From Nageia nagi (lineage: Eukaryota > Plantae > Pinophyta): a stretch of DNA of 64,000 nt. The stretch is taken from positions 90,768,001 through 90,832,000 of the forward strand of contig JBITNC010000001.1 in NCBI GenBank assembly GCA_050084985.1, written 5' to 3'. Under the pieces are notes generated by a model. The model ran no database searches, had not been told where the DNA came from, and was given only the letters and a program-made list of their open reading frames with translations. Shown one piece after another: positions 12,901-25,944 of the stretch (positions are counted from its first letter, which is position 1; each line of letters opens with the position of its first letter). The position numbers and the translations under genes are program-made.

Positions 12901-14400
12901 AAATATAACTCCTACACATAGTGTATAATGGATTGGAAAAGGTCAAAATATATTTCACAAGCTTATGCATTCCCCTTAATGAGTCAAAGTTAACATGGCC
13001 AAAATGCTTATGCCACAAGCATATCGGATCAAGACTTGAATACTTGACAATTGGTCTCATTTATGATGGTGCAATTTTTTTCTTGAAAATTAGCATGTAG
13101 TTTTTAAGAACATCTAATTAATACTAAGGAAATTATACTTTAACCCTACTATATACAATATTTCATGCATTTGCATGATCTTACCAACCTTTTCTTTAAA
13201 AGCAATAGAACCTTTTTTGGAAATATTGACTTGATTATTATCACCAAAATTGAATTTTTCAATGATATTCTCCTCAAGGTTGATAAATATGCTATTATTT
13301 ATAGTCATATTATTGGAGCAACCATTTTCCAAGTACCAAATTTGATCATCAACCATTTCAAAGTTATTGCAATTTAGAAATAAATTGACATCTATGGAAT
13401 CTTCAATGAAGTTGGATTTTTTAATTTCTTTTTCTTGAAACATTATTATTCCATATGACCATCCATTCTACAGAAGTCATAATGTCATGATTTTGATTGC
13501 TAGTTGGTGTTAGTCGATCAGCCTTCTAAGTGACCTCTTCCTCCAGCATGACTACTTGTACAACCTCTATTACCATAACCTTTATCGTAGCTTCTTGAAG
13601 AAGAGTTGGAATTGGAGGAAGTGGAGGCCTAATCCTTTTTTATAAGATTGAATTCTAAATATTTATCAAGATCTTTAGACTTATATTTTATCCTTTTCTC
13701 ATAGGTCTATAAGCTTCCAAGAAACTCAATTAGAGTGAGTTAGGGAAATTCCTTACACTCCTCTATTGTAATGATGATGGGATCAAACTATCAAGGAAGG
13801 ATTCTAAGAACTTTCTCAATAATTTGGATGTCATGAAGATCATCACCATGAGAATGAATGGCATTGACCAGGTTTTGAAAATTTTTCATGAAGACTTCAA
13901 TGGTCTAATCATCAACCATTTTAATAGATTCATAGTCTCTTCAAAGTATTTGCATCTTGGTAACTTTGACTTTGATGAAACCCTTATAGGCACACTCAAG
14001 AGTATATCAAACATCCTTTGAAACTTTAAATTCTTCCATATTAGGAAATATTAAAACATATAACCCACTTTATAATGCAAATATAGCTTTGACATCCTTC
14101 TTTTGCATGTCCAATAGTTCCTTTTTCTAATTTGTTGTGAGTAGTGAAAATACTTCTACATCTACTACAATATAACCTTGAAAAATAAGAATCTATATGT
14201 ATTGAGGATGATAAAAGTTATCATTTTAATGCTTCAATATTCAAAGTGTTTACCATTGAATACATGGATCAAAAGTTGAGGAGAATTTCAATTTTTTGAA
14301 CCCATTAAATCAATCAAGATCTGATACTAATTGAAGAATTTGAAGTATCATAGTCAACAAAATAATTATTATGGTCAAATAGAGTCACTGTTAAAGAATT
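9974..14400 (-). mobile_element. Decayed Ty1/Copia LTR retrotransposon
   Basis: Minus-strand order gag (~13500-14300), protease (WYLENGCSNNMT), GAG-pre-integrase (LWHKHFGH), integrase (FIDDYSYMSW; GYSYESKAYRCY), RT and RNase H (~10450-11900). PPT AAGGGGGAGAA at ~10428-10440; decayed Met-tRNA PBS at 14318-14330. LTR limits approximate, 5' LTR truncated, no TSD found. Confidence 0.9.
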
Positions 14401-14550
14401 TGAAGTTCCATAATCAACATAAGAATTACCATGGTCAAATCTAAAGTAGCCTTAGTAAAAAAAAGAGCAAGTTATGGTCAAATAGAGTCATTATATGAAA
14501 GAACTAAGTTGTCGTGATTAGGAATAGTGAAAGATTTGGATTTCCATATT

Positions 14551-15034
14551 GGGTAAGAGTAAGAAGATGAGTCCTAATGGAGAGGAGCTACTAGGAATTA
14601 GAAAAATTCACACAAGATTGAGATACCAAGGGACAATGATATTGGTCCCCAAAAGTATAAATGTGTATAATAGCCATCGAGATCCTAGTCCTACCCTCGA
14701 TATCTTGATCCTTAAATTTGAAATTTGTACCAACCCTTTTGGCTTGTATTTTTATTTGATGAGTTGAACCTTAGCCTTGGACCTGCAACTTCAAGCTCAT
14801 AATAATGGCAATGGAGAATACTAAATTTGGGCATGTATTTGATGAGATTTTTTTACAATATTTTTTATGAAATTTTGCATAATTACAAATGTAAGTGTGC
14901 ATATTTTAAATATTTAGTTTATTTTACAATTGGATTATATTTTATATTTTTAGTTAATTTTCAATGAAACTAGTCCATAAACTTTGAAAAATAAGTTTTC
15001 ATATTTTTTTGATAACTTTTTTATTTTTTAGAAT

Positions 15035-15122
<88 letters not shown>

Positions 15123-15593
15123 ACAAAAATCAACAAACAATTCTTCACAAGGTAAAAAAATTAAAAATTATGCTTAATAGATATGAGCAATTTTCAAAAT
15201 GATAATCTGGGCTAATAAAAAAATTATTACAAAATTACCCTAAAAAATATTTAGTGTATTAAGTATATTTTCCTAGAAGGATTTAAAAAATATTTTAATT
15301 TAGGTCCAATTATACTTGATGGACAAGATGAGGGTATGTCTTGAAATAATATTTTTTAAATAGTGGTTTTGAATATAGTTATCATAAATTAATTTCTATC
15401 ATATGGGTATTGGAATAAATTACATATTTGAACACTAGAATTTGAGCACTACATGTTTACTGAAGTGAACTTTTTCAATTTTCAAACTCTAGGTTCCTCA
15501 AATTTTGAGATCAATTATAACCAAACCTGAAAAATCAAGGAAAGCACTTCCATTTTTTGGCCATTTATGGGATCCATCTTCTTGCATTGATCC
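14551..15593. mobile_element. 1-kb non-autonomous TIR element related to the 44295-54962 Sola2-like element
   Basis: Left end GGGTAAGAGTAAGAAGATGAGTCC; right end reverse complement GGATCAATGCAAGAAGATGGATCC. Flanks TATT/CACT fit a 4-bp TSD with two C>T changes. 15360-15590 aligns to 54730-54960. Confidence 0.75.
15037..15116. repeat. (TG)40 microsatellite
   Basis: Direct reading. Confidence 0.97.
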
Positions 15594-15599
15594 CACTTT

Positions 15600-16000
15600 G
15601 AGGCTAATGATATTAGTAAAAGATTTATCATGTAGTAGGAAAGGAAAAAGGTAGAATACTACAATTTAGAGATAATGACATCAACAAGTACATTATCGTG
15701 ATGCAATATCAAGAGGAAATAGGGTAATGTCATACTTTTGTACAAATGACATCAACATAAATATTATTGTAGTGCAACATAGGGAAAATAGGCAAAATGT
15801 TGTGATTTCCAAGTAGTGATATTAGCAAGTATTCACCCAAACTTTAACAAGGTAGGAAAGTGGTACTACTACACATTTGGAGAGGTGACATCAACAATAA
15901 TATTACCAAAGTGCGATACAATAAGAAATGTACTAAGTACTAGATGGAAAGATATATGATATCAGAATAAGCTCAAAGAAAGTTTGACAAAAGTACATAG
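15600..16000. repeat. Second copy of the ~68-70-bp tandem-unit block
   Basis: Aligns by eye with 9033-9425. Confidence 0.7.
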
Positions 16001-16008
16001 ATAATAAG

Positions 16009-19000
16009 TGATCCATAAAGATAGTTCACCTATGGTGATTCCCTATATCACCACATATAGATTATTTAAATATTTTTTCCACTTTATTGGATAAGAAAAG
16101 AGAATTACTTTCCTACTATAAAAGAAAAATATTTGTGCAAGAACAAATAAAAACACCACAAGATATTTACCAACTTTACCTCTTTATTTTTATGGAGCTT
16201 GAATCAATCCTTGACTCCTCTCACTTAATAACACTTAGTGTATTTTTCCAATCTTCATTCTTCTCTCCTTTCTTTTTTTCTCCAAAAAGATCCCAAGTGT
16301 TAGGCTTTCTTTTATAATTTTAAAGAAGCTAACTTACAAAAATATATGGCTACAACAAATAATTTGGCATCATTCCATGCAAAGTAGAATTTGGTTGTGG
16401 CCATCAACCAAAAATCATCTCCACTTTACCTTCTCCCAAAAATAATAATAACCACTAACAACTACAAATCATACTATTTTTCTTTTTACATATTAAAAAG
16501 AAAACAACTCACTCAAAGAATATATCTCCACTCCTATTTTTGAGGGAGATAAAAACAATATTAACACCTTGGACCCTTAAAAAATAACTAAATAATATAT
16601 AATTATCAACCCTCCTTTAGTTTAGGGAATAATTAACTAAACTTCCAAAATATCCTACCCACCTTCACTCAACATTTTCCACTTGTCAACTATAACAAGT
16701 ATTTTGAAAGGTCAAGGGAAGGATTTTTCTTTACCAAATACACCACCCAAACTTCATGTGATGTTTTTGAAGATTTTCCATCAAGTGTATGCCATGTCAT
16801 CATTGTGGTCTCACTTATAAATTTCTTCATCAATTTTTTTTATTTTTTCAAAACTTCAAATTACAATAACTTTTGACGAAGTTGGATTTCAGTTCTATAA
16901 GAAGTTCCAAAATTATGGAGATGAGATATTCAAAATGGTACCCACATTTTGCTAAGTTGAAATAATCCAATTTTAGATCACTCCTTCCCACTAATAGGGA
17001 TTTTGGTCCCTAAAAAGCTTAGAGACTATGGTAAAATTGAGGAACCTCCTTACCCATCATGGCTCCTTACCAAATTGGCCTACATGAACTTGCTATGTTG
17101 TACATCCATGGGCACCATGGCATAAAACTAAAATTTATTTCAAGTGAAAAATGATTCCCAAATGGATATAGATACAACATTACCATTTTATCATTTTACA
17201 TGACTAGTGAGATTTCCCTTATTTCCTCTTTCTTCATGTGCATGGGTACCTCCTTGGTACTCACAATACTTGGAAACTTCAATCCCACACAAAACATATT
17301 CTCATTAACAATAGATGAATCTTTGATCTCATTGATTTGTTTAGGTTCTTTGGTGACTATAGGAGTATTCTTCTTGTAAATTTTCCCTTGATCACACCAC
17401 CTAGGTGCTCTCTTGGGATATAGCCTTGAAAACCCTTCCTTAACATGACCATCCTTATCATAATGAGAGAAATATCCTTTATTTTTCTTATCCTCCTCTT
17501 TTGTAGAGGATGCAATAACTTTATCTTTTTTTTTTAGACTTGGATTGGTAATCCTCTTGATCATACTTTCCACATTCTTCTAGATACTATGCTTGAACAC
17601 ATACTTCATCTAGATCTATAGTTTTAAAAAGTAAAATGGTATGATGAAGATAACTCTGAAGGCCTCCAATACACTTTAGTAAACATGCATCAATTTTCAA
17701 ATAATCACCAAGCAAAGTAGCTCTTTTCTTGAATTTAGTGGTATACTCTTGAGCACTTTATCCTTTTGACTGCTTAAAGTTATACCACTCCATGGTTTTC
17801 TTTCGATGATAGCCAAGCAGGTAGAACTAATCTCAAAACATTTCTTTAAATGAATTCTATCTTGTCATTGGAACTTCATCAAAAATGGTGATGGATTCCA
17901 AATATGCTTCCCACAAAACTAGAGCATGTCCCTCCAAATTTAGTGTAGCTATTTCAATTTTATCCTCATCACTTTCAATATTTTGGACTCAAAAATAGGC
18001 CTTCATTTTCTTAAACCATCAGTTAAGCTTTTTGGGATCCATCTCTCCTCCAAATTATTTGAGCTCAAACTTCCCCTCTAGCTTTAAGGGTAATATTTTC
18101 GTGATTGGATAACTCTCTCTAATCATATTCTCTTTTCCTCTAGCTCCATCATCTTGATTCTTTTGCAAATTTGCAATAGTATCAACCAAGTTACTCAAGG
18201 TCTCCTTGATCATTTTGAGTCTTTTGTTAATATCTTCTAGCATGGTAGTATATGTATTTTCTTTTTCCATTATATCTTCTCTTTGTTTCCTCAACCAAAT
18301 TCTTGATCCAATCTTAGGATTCTATACAATAATCTCTCCTTCACCTCTTTTTCTTTGAGATTTGGTAATCATGCAAATAAGTTCCACCAAACAAAGCCTT
18401 AGAAAGATAGATTTAATACATGTACATAATTAAAAATGCTCTGATACCTATATGATCCATAAATATATTTCACCTATGGTGATTCCCTATCCCACCACAT
18501 ACAAATTATTTAAATATTTTTGCCACTTTATCTCACAAGAAAAAAGAATTACTTTTTAACTGTAAAATTAAAATATTTGTGCAAGAACAAATAAAAACAC
18601 CAGAAGATATTTACCAACTTTTACTCTTTATTTTTTTGGAGCTTGAATCAATCCTTGACCCCTCTCACGTAACAACACTTAGTGTATTTTTCCACTCTCC
18701 CTCCTTCTATCCTTTCTTTTTTTCTCCAAAAAAATACCAAGTGTTAGGCTTCCTTTTATAATTTTAAAGAAATTAACTTACAAAAATATATGGTTACAAA
18801 AAAATAATTTGGTATCATTCCATGTAAAGTAGAATTTGGTTGTGGTAATCAACCAAAAATCATCTCCACTTGGCTTTCTCCCAAAAATAATAATAACCAC
18901 TAACAACTACAAACCATACTATTTATCCTTTCACAAAATTTAAAAAAATAACTCACTCAATGAATATATCTCCACTCCTATTTTTGAGGGAGATAAAAAA

Positions 19001-19440
19001 ATAATATTAACACCTTACACCCTTAAAAATAAGTAAACAATATATAATTATCTCTCCTCCTTTATTTTAGGGAAATAATTAACTAAAATTCCAAAATATC
19101 TTCAACACCCACCTTCACTCAATATTTGCCACTTGTCAACTATAGCAAGCGTTTTGAAAAAGTCAAGTGGAGGCTTTTTCTTTACCAAATACACCACCCA
19201 AATTTCACTTGATGTTTTTGAATATTTTCCATCAAGTGTATGCCACATCATCATTGTGGTCCCACTTATATATTTCATCATCAAATTTACTTATTTTGTT
19301 TTTTCAAAACTTCAAATTGCAATAACTTTTGCATACGGAGTTAGATTTTAGTTTCGTAAGAAGTTTCAAAATAATGGAAATGAGATATTTGAAATGGTAC
19401 CAATATTTTTCTAATTTTATATGGTTTAATTTTTTTATCA
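16009..19440 (-). mobile_element. Non-autonomous gag-only LTR retrotransposon (TR-GAG/LARD-like); LTRs 16009-16980 and 18453-19440
   Basis: TG...CA LTRs of ~0.98 kb; TSD ATAAG (16004-16008 and 19441-19445); PBS remnant GCTCTGATACC at ~18438-18448; PPT (reverse of CTCCTTCCCA) at 16981-16990. The 1.47-kb interior has only decayed Gypsy-type gag (ORFs 18055-18294, 17196-17573 with a degenerate zinc knuckle). Confidence 0.92.
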
Positions 19441-22400
19441 ATAAGTGATCCAAAGTTATAATTATATGATCTTCTTATCTAAAATAGTGCAAAATCTTAT
19501 TCTTAAAATCTACAACATATTCTAGGTGTAGAATGACCAAAAGATCAAATATATAAATATAGCACCGACCATCCAATAAAATGTATACATCATCATTATG
19601 TATTAATGCATATATACTCCAATAAAAGGATTAAAAGGAGAAAACAATTGGTGACCTAGTGTTAATATATAAAAATGATTAAAATATTCCAAGTGAACAA
19701 AAGGGTTCTAATCATAGATATAATAGATCAATGTTTAGTGTTGACATGGTAAAATAAAAATAGGGCATGCTTATTTGTATACAATAACAATTATAATTTC
19801 AAAGAGAAATAATAAGAAAAATGTTTGCAAGGTGATGGTGGGTGTTAGTGTAGAATGTATGAATTTCAAATAAGCACATGAAATCACACATCAATATAAC
19901 TCGTAAAAATCATAGGTAAAATTTAATTAAAGTTGATTAAAGGCACTCTTGTTGTGCTTAATACTGATAATGATTATTTGCTACATGTATGAATCTATTA
20001 AGGGCCATTTAAAAGAAACACTTGATGATTTGATTCCTTCACTTCAATAATTTTTGACTCATTCCTCATTAATATGATTGTACCAATATTCCAATTAAAT
20101 TTGATGAAAATAATTCACATAAAAAAATTGTAGAAGAATTTAGAAAAATTGATTTTCTATAGCAGAACATCCTTGTTTGTAAAAGAACACTATCTTGATC
20201 CAAATCTATGAAACATTCATGTACAAAGAAAATATTCTCTTGATCCACATGAAATATATTTAAATATAGTATCAATCATTCTCTTCTTAGTTGATACTAG
20301 AGTATAAGGACATACTCTAAAAAGTATCAAGGTGATATATTTCCCATAAATCATTCAAATACATTTTATACATTTTAACCTAAAATAATCTAGGAAAAGA
20401 ACATAGGAGATATATTATCTAATTTCACAAGTGGAAGGACATTTTTAAGATATACAACCAACCAATAATAGAGATAAGATGGAAATTTTTACCTAGTTAT
20501 ATTTAAACCATGTGTGTGTATAATATAATATAATATAAACTTCATTACCCAATAATAAGATAAATTTTATGTATGTAAAATTTTATATGGGTTCAAATTT
20601 CTTTAGTTGGTTGAAGGCCCTATGAAATTGCTAGAGTTGTAGTGAACCTTTTGCTATAATCCGATTAAGTAGGAGATACCAAAGATAATAAATTGGGGAA
20701 AAACATTTTGCATTTCCTTATCACAAAGATGAGAAAATATTATAATAAAATACTATTTATTTATGATCTCAAGTTCACTTATGGGTGTTACTCCAATGAG
20801 GGAAGGATGATATATGAAGATGAAGCGAGGTTAACCATTGATCCATTTGATCAAATACGGATAAGAAATAATTGAATATATGAACTAAAGAGGAGGTTCT
20901 GTAAATGAGGTAACATTTTTAAAGGTATAATACGTAAAATTCCACACTTATGGCATATCCTTAAATGAGCACAAGCCATTAATTATCTTATGCATCCAAT
21001 AATAAGCATTTCCTAAGGATTATAGCATAAAGGAGCCCAAACGAGTTATGCTATAGGCCAAATACAAGAAATGATGGGGCCCATATAGTTATATAAGACT
21101 ATAAAAGGTACACTTACTAAAACAAGATTCATCAATAGTTAAGGATGCAATAAATAAATCTAATCATTCATGAGTTTCAAGGAGGAAATTAAAGGTACAT
21201 AATAAATAAACCTTACAAATAACCATATCTCTAAAGATCGATAGCCCTTGAGCATGAAGAAAGAAATAAGATAGAGTGCACAAAATATTCAATGATATCA
21301 TCAACCTTTCCTACCCAAGGCAAAGTACCCTAATTTAATCCCTAACATTCATGTATCTAACTCATTTATTCTTTTTGGAATAATACATGCTTAAGAAAAG
21401 AAAATATGCCCATAACATAGATATCAATTATGTACATGATTGATAAAGTATATTGTAAAAAATACTAAAAGGGCATGATAAAGTTGTAAATTTTTAACAA
21501 CCCATCTTAGGGGTGAGCACAAGATTTGGACCAAAATTTTTTATATAAAAGGAAAACCCTAAAGCTTTTTCTAAGAGTATTTCCTTTAAGAAACTTCGAA
21601 AGGTACATCACATTCTCCTAAGGCCGATAACCAAGGTTAACATGTTGTCTCACAAAGGCTAGATAATAATTAAATCAATTTGATCTCAAAAACCATAGTT
21701 GATTGATTCATAGAGAGACTTGATGCATGTCATACTTTCTCTTCCTAAGCAATTTAGGTGCTCAATTTCTCAATTATCTTTAACAATACTTAAGCTAAAT
21801 GATCATTTATTTAGAACAATAAAAATTTATTCTTCCTAATGATTCTATGCATGAATTATTTTTATGTTGAAATAATTGATTAATCATGATGTTGTTAAAT
21901 ATTTATTAACATTTAACAACCTTTAAACAATCATGAACATATGTGTGTCAGTTCATTTTTCTTACTATATAATTATATTAAATGAAATAGTTTTTATTAT
22001 AGATTAATCACCATAATTCCCATTTATCCATTCCATTCATTAATTAACCCCTTTTTATCTTTGATAAATGAATAGTACATTTATTTATAATCTCAATTAT
22101 CCATTATCCTTTTTACTTCAATTAATTAAGCAAGCCACTATATCAAAATTGTAATAATCACATAATACACACAACATTTGAATAATATCATATTTTTTTA
22201 TAGTGGGGGAATCCTCTTGGGTTTTCACTTAAGGGGTAACCTACTTTGGTAGTTAAGCTATCAACCTTGTAAGAAAGAAAACTTGTATTAATTTCCAACA
22301 TTTAGATACAATTTATAGAAAATATATTAATCTCTTTCTATTGTATTATGTTACATATTTTCCACATCAATCTTGGGATCTTTTCATCATTATGCCTTCT

Positions 22401-24756
22401 AATCGATGAGGATCTTCTTTGGTGATATATAGGTTTCTTCTTTGAAACTAAATTATTTTTCTACACTCTACTTGACCATAAATAGAACCTCTCTTTAAAA
22501 TAAATACTTTAAAAAGTTAATAAGAATATATATTACATTAAACTACTTAGGAGATTAAATAGATTTATTCTTAAACCAGTAACCATAATCCATTTTCAAA
22601 ATCTTTTGCACATAATGGAAAAAAATGCAATTATAGGTTATCATGAGAATAATCCAATTCAAATGTATGAGCATATGACTAGATAAAATATTATTCAACA
22701 ATATTTCTATATTAATTTCTACAATGCATACATACTAAAATGCATCACAAGACCTTGGAATTATTTACAAAATAATGCATCCAATATTTCGATAACCAAA
22801 ATATACACCTAATATATTTTTTAAGAAAGAATTTAAATGGAACATAGGGATGCCACATCTCATTCCATTCATATGAAGGTCTATAGTAATCTTCTTTCCA
22901 AATTGTTATACATCAAAACCCTATGCTTACTTCCATGCATGCAATTATTTCCTATTGAGTATACTCATGTCTCATTAAATCTCAAGTGTAAAATGCATTT
23001 ATATGAATAACAATTATAGTTTTATAGAACCTCTTGCTCAACCAAAAAGTCCCTTTCCTTTAAGCAATGCAGCAACAATACTAAAATAAACTTTTCATGA
23101 AAATTTGGAATCACCACTCTATTTCAAAGATAAAACAATCTATTTTTTATTAGATACTCACGTGAGCACTTAGATTTCTTCTCCAACATATCCTTTATCT
23201 TAATGCAATAAGGATATTACCTTTATAGATATTTTATTTTGTTAATAAAGTCAAATTTACTTATTTTAAGAGCTACCAAATGTTTCCTCCTACTCAATAC
23301 ATTAACCACCTTATTCTCCTTTCCCTTTATATACTCAATACCAAAATCATATTTTGCTAAAAAATTAATTAGTCTTCTTTGTTAGGCATTTAGTAAAGGT
23401 TGAGTAAAGATATGTTTTAGGATTAAATGATGAAAATGCAATTCAAAGGGTTTACTAAGGAGATAATGCCTCCACATTTCAAAGCATGAACTATTGTAGC
23501 TAGTTCTAATTCATTGTTCACATATTTTACCTCATGCTTTTTCATCCTTTTTTACTCAAAAGCCACCAGATGATCTTCTTGTGATAGCACTCCTCTTAAT
23601 CCTTCTGATGACACATCCATACAAAAAGAGAAATTACTCATTAGATCTTGTAGTTTTAGAATTGATAGTAGTTAGATTATTTTTTAAATAACTAAAATCT
23701 TGCTCACATTTTTCAATCCACTTAAACTCTTTATTCTTTTGTTGGATATTGGTGATGGTACTTGCAATTTTTAAAAATCCTTCACAAATATTTAATAATA
23801 GCCTACTAATCCCATAAAAATTTGTACTTCAATCATATTAGTGGGTGTTGGACAGATCATAATGGCTTCAAATTTCCTAAGATTATTATAAACCCCTTTG
23901 GTAGATATTATATGCCGTAAATATGGCACTTGCTTTGTATAAAAATCACATTTTGAGAGCTTGGCATACAATTTTTTCTATCTTAAAGTTTTTAAAACTA
24001 CTCTCAAATCCCTATTATGATCTTCAATATTTTTAGAGTATACTAGGATATCATCCAAAAAAATTATAACAATTTTTTCGAGATACTCATGGAACACATT
24101 ATTCATCAAGTTCATGAAGGTAGTTAGAGTAGTTTTTAACCCAAATCGTAATAATGTGAACTCAAAATGCATATACCTAGTTTTGAACATTATCTTGTAA
24201 GTATTTAAATATTTGATTTTACGTTGATGATACCTTGACCTAAGATCAATATTAGCAAAGGTCGAGATACCCTTTAATTAATCAAATAAGTCATATATTT
24301 TAGGGAGAGGATGTTTGTTCTTGATGGTGACCTTGTTCAATATTTGGTAGTTGATATAAAGTCTCAAGGTGCCATATTTTTTCTTAACAAATAAAACTAA
24401 TGCTTACCTTGGAGATATACTTGATTTAATCAATCCTCTTTTAATAATTTCTCTTATTTGAGTCTAAAGTTCTTGTATTTCAATTGTAGTCATGCAATAT
24501 GGGGTTCTAGAAATAGGATCTACCCCTGGAATTAACTCTATATGATGTTAAATTTCCAAGGTGGGAGCATACCTAGAAATTTTTTAGGGAATACATCTAT
24601 GAAATCTTATAAAATGGGCCATTTAGAGAATAAATTTTCATCATTATATTTTTTTTATCAATTCCTCAATCTTTACAATATAGATGATCTCCTTTTTCTT
24701 AATATCCCTTTTCAATTACATATGACATATTGTATGCAAACTAACCCCTTTTAGTT

Positions 24757-25944
24757 TACTAATACTACTACACATAACCAATTTTGCACCATACCATGCA
24801 TCAATCCATAGTTTATTTTTCTAGAAAATTGTATAAATCATGACGTATAAATTGATGTTAAGGGTACAGTCAAATAAAACATCTTTTTTGTATCAATTTT
24901 AACATCATTCATTGCATCATATATTGATTTTATGAGAATCAAATAGTTAATGTTATATCAGATGTATAAAGTATCATTTATAAAGTCAAAATAATAAGAT
25001 GTAGGGGATGATGAAGATTTTTTATTTGCATCATAAGTCTTGTAAAACAATTCATGTGTCTTCTCTATGCTTCCACATTTTGCATATATGTCTACCATGA
25101 CACTCACAACCATAACATATGACAAAAGTTAGATTTTAAAGAGTATTTTATGTATGTATAAACCCTTTTTCAAATCTCTCAATTTGGTGCATGCTTTGAA
25201 GATGCTAGAAAAGGTGAATTCATCTAGTTGGACTATTGTTGGTGTTTATTGCATTTGGTGAAACAGTTTCAATGCCTATTGAGGAAAATCATGTTTTTGG
25301 TAACTTGAAATTATCATATTCCATGAGAAGTTGTTTCATTTGTTTATATAGTTAAAATATTGATAGGTGTACATCAAATTTTACAAGTATCTACCAAACT
25401 TTTTAGGTGTCTACCAAACTTCCTAAGTGATTGAAGCATGCAATGCATATTTTGCTTACTACAAAATACATATATGTACTACTCTTTATGTTCTTGAACA
25501 TGTCTTTAGCTCCTTCATAACTACATGTATAAAAATGCCCTTATAAAGGGAAATCTCCTTCACTCACTTATTAATGATATCATAAATACCATTAAAAATA
25601 GACCATAGATTAAGGGAATGCATCGACAATAGATAGCAGAGCATGCCATGATGCATGTGCATGATCCACATATTTTTTCTATTCTTTGTTTGATTTGACA
25701 TATTGTTTGATTCAATCAATATGTAAAATAATTCATCAATTAATACACCAAAAAATACATCAATACATTCATCAAATAATATCTCAACCAATATGTTAAC
25801 TGATACATAAATCAATATGTCCAAAAAATTGGTTTTACATAGATTGACATAGACATGCCAAATAGTGATGCATCTTGCATCATAGCATCAAAATGCAATT
25901 ATATGACATATGGTATGATGAAAAATTACTAAAATGTATTAGTG
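24757..25944. mobile_element. Non-autonomous CACTA-like element (Pack-CACTA) inserted between Gypsy protease and RT
   Basis: Ends TACTAATAC (24757, C>T decayed) and GTATTAGTG (25944); subterminal inverted CACCATACCAT/ATGGTATGATG. It interrupts pol. The 3-bp TSD is not retained, and adjacent host pol sequence appears deleted. Confidence 0.7.
25020..25340 (-). pseudogene. PLS-class PPR fragment (P-L-S motifs) inside the CACTA-like element
   Basis: Reads SWNMIISSYQKHDFPQ*ALKLFHQMQ..QLDEFTFSSIFKACTKLRDLKKGLYIH..VSVMVDIYAKCGSIEKTHELF. Confidence 0.9.

Noticed and set aside
16087-16317. Duplicated small ORF (also 18579-18761)
   Set aside because: Chance ORF in the two LTR copies, with non-ATG starts
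19441-19452. 12-bp duplication ATAAGTGATCCA as a long TSD
   Set aside because: TGATCCA is also the start of the internal LTR copy at 18453, so the TSD is 5 bp and the extra match is most simply coincidence
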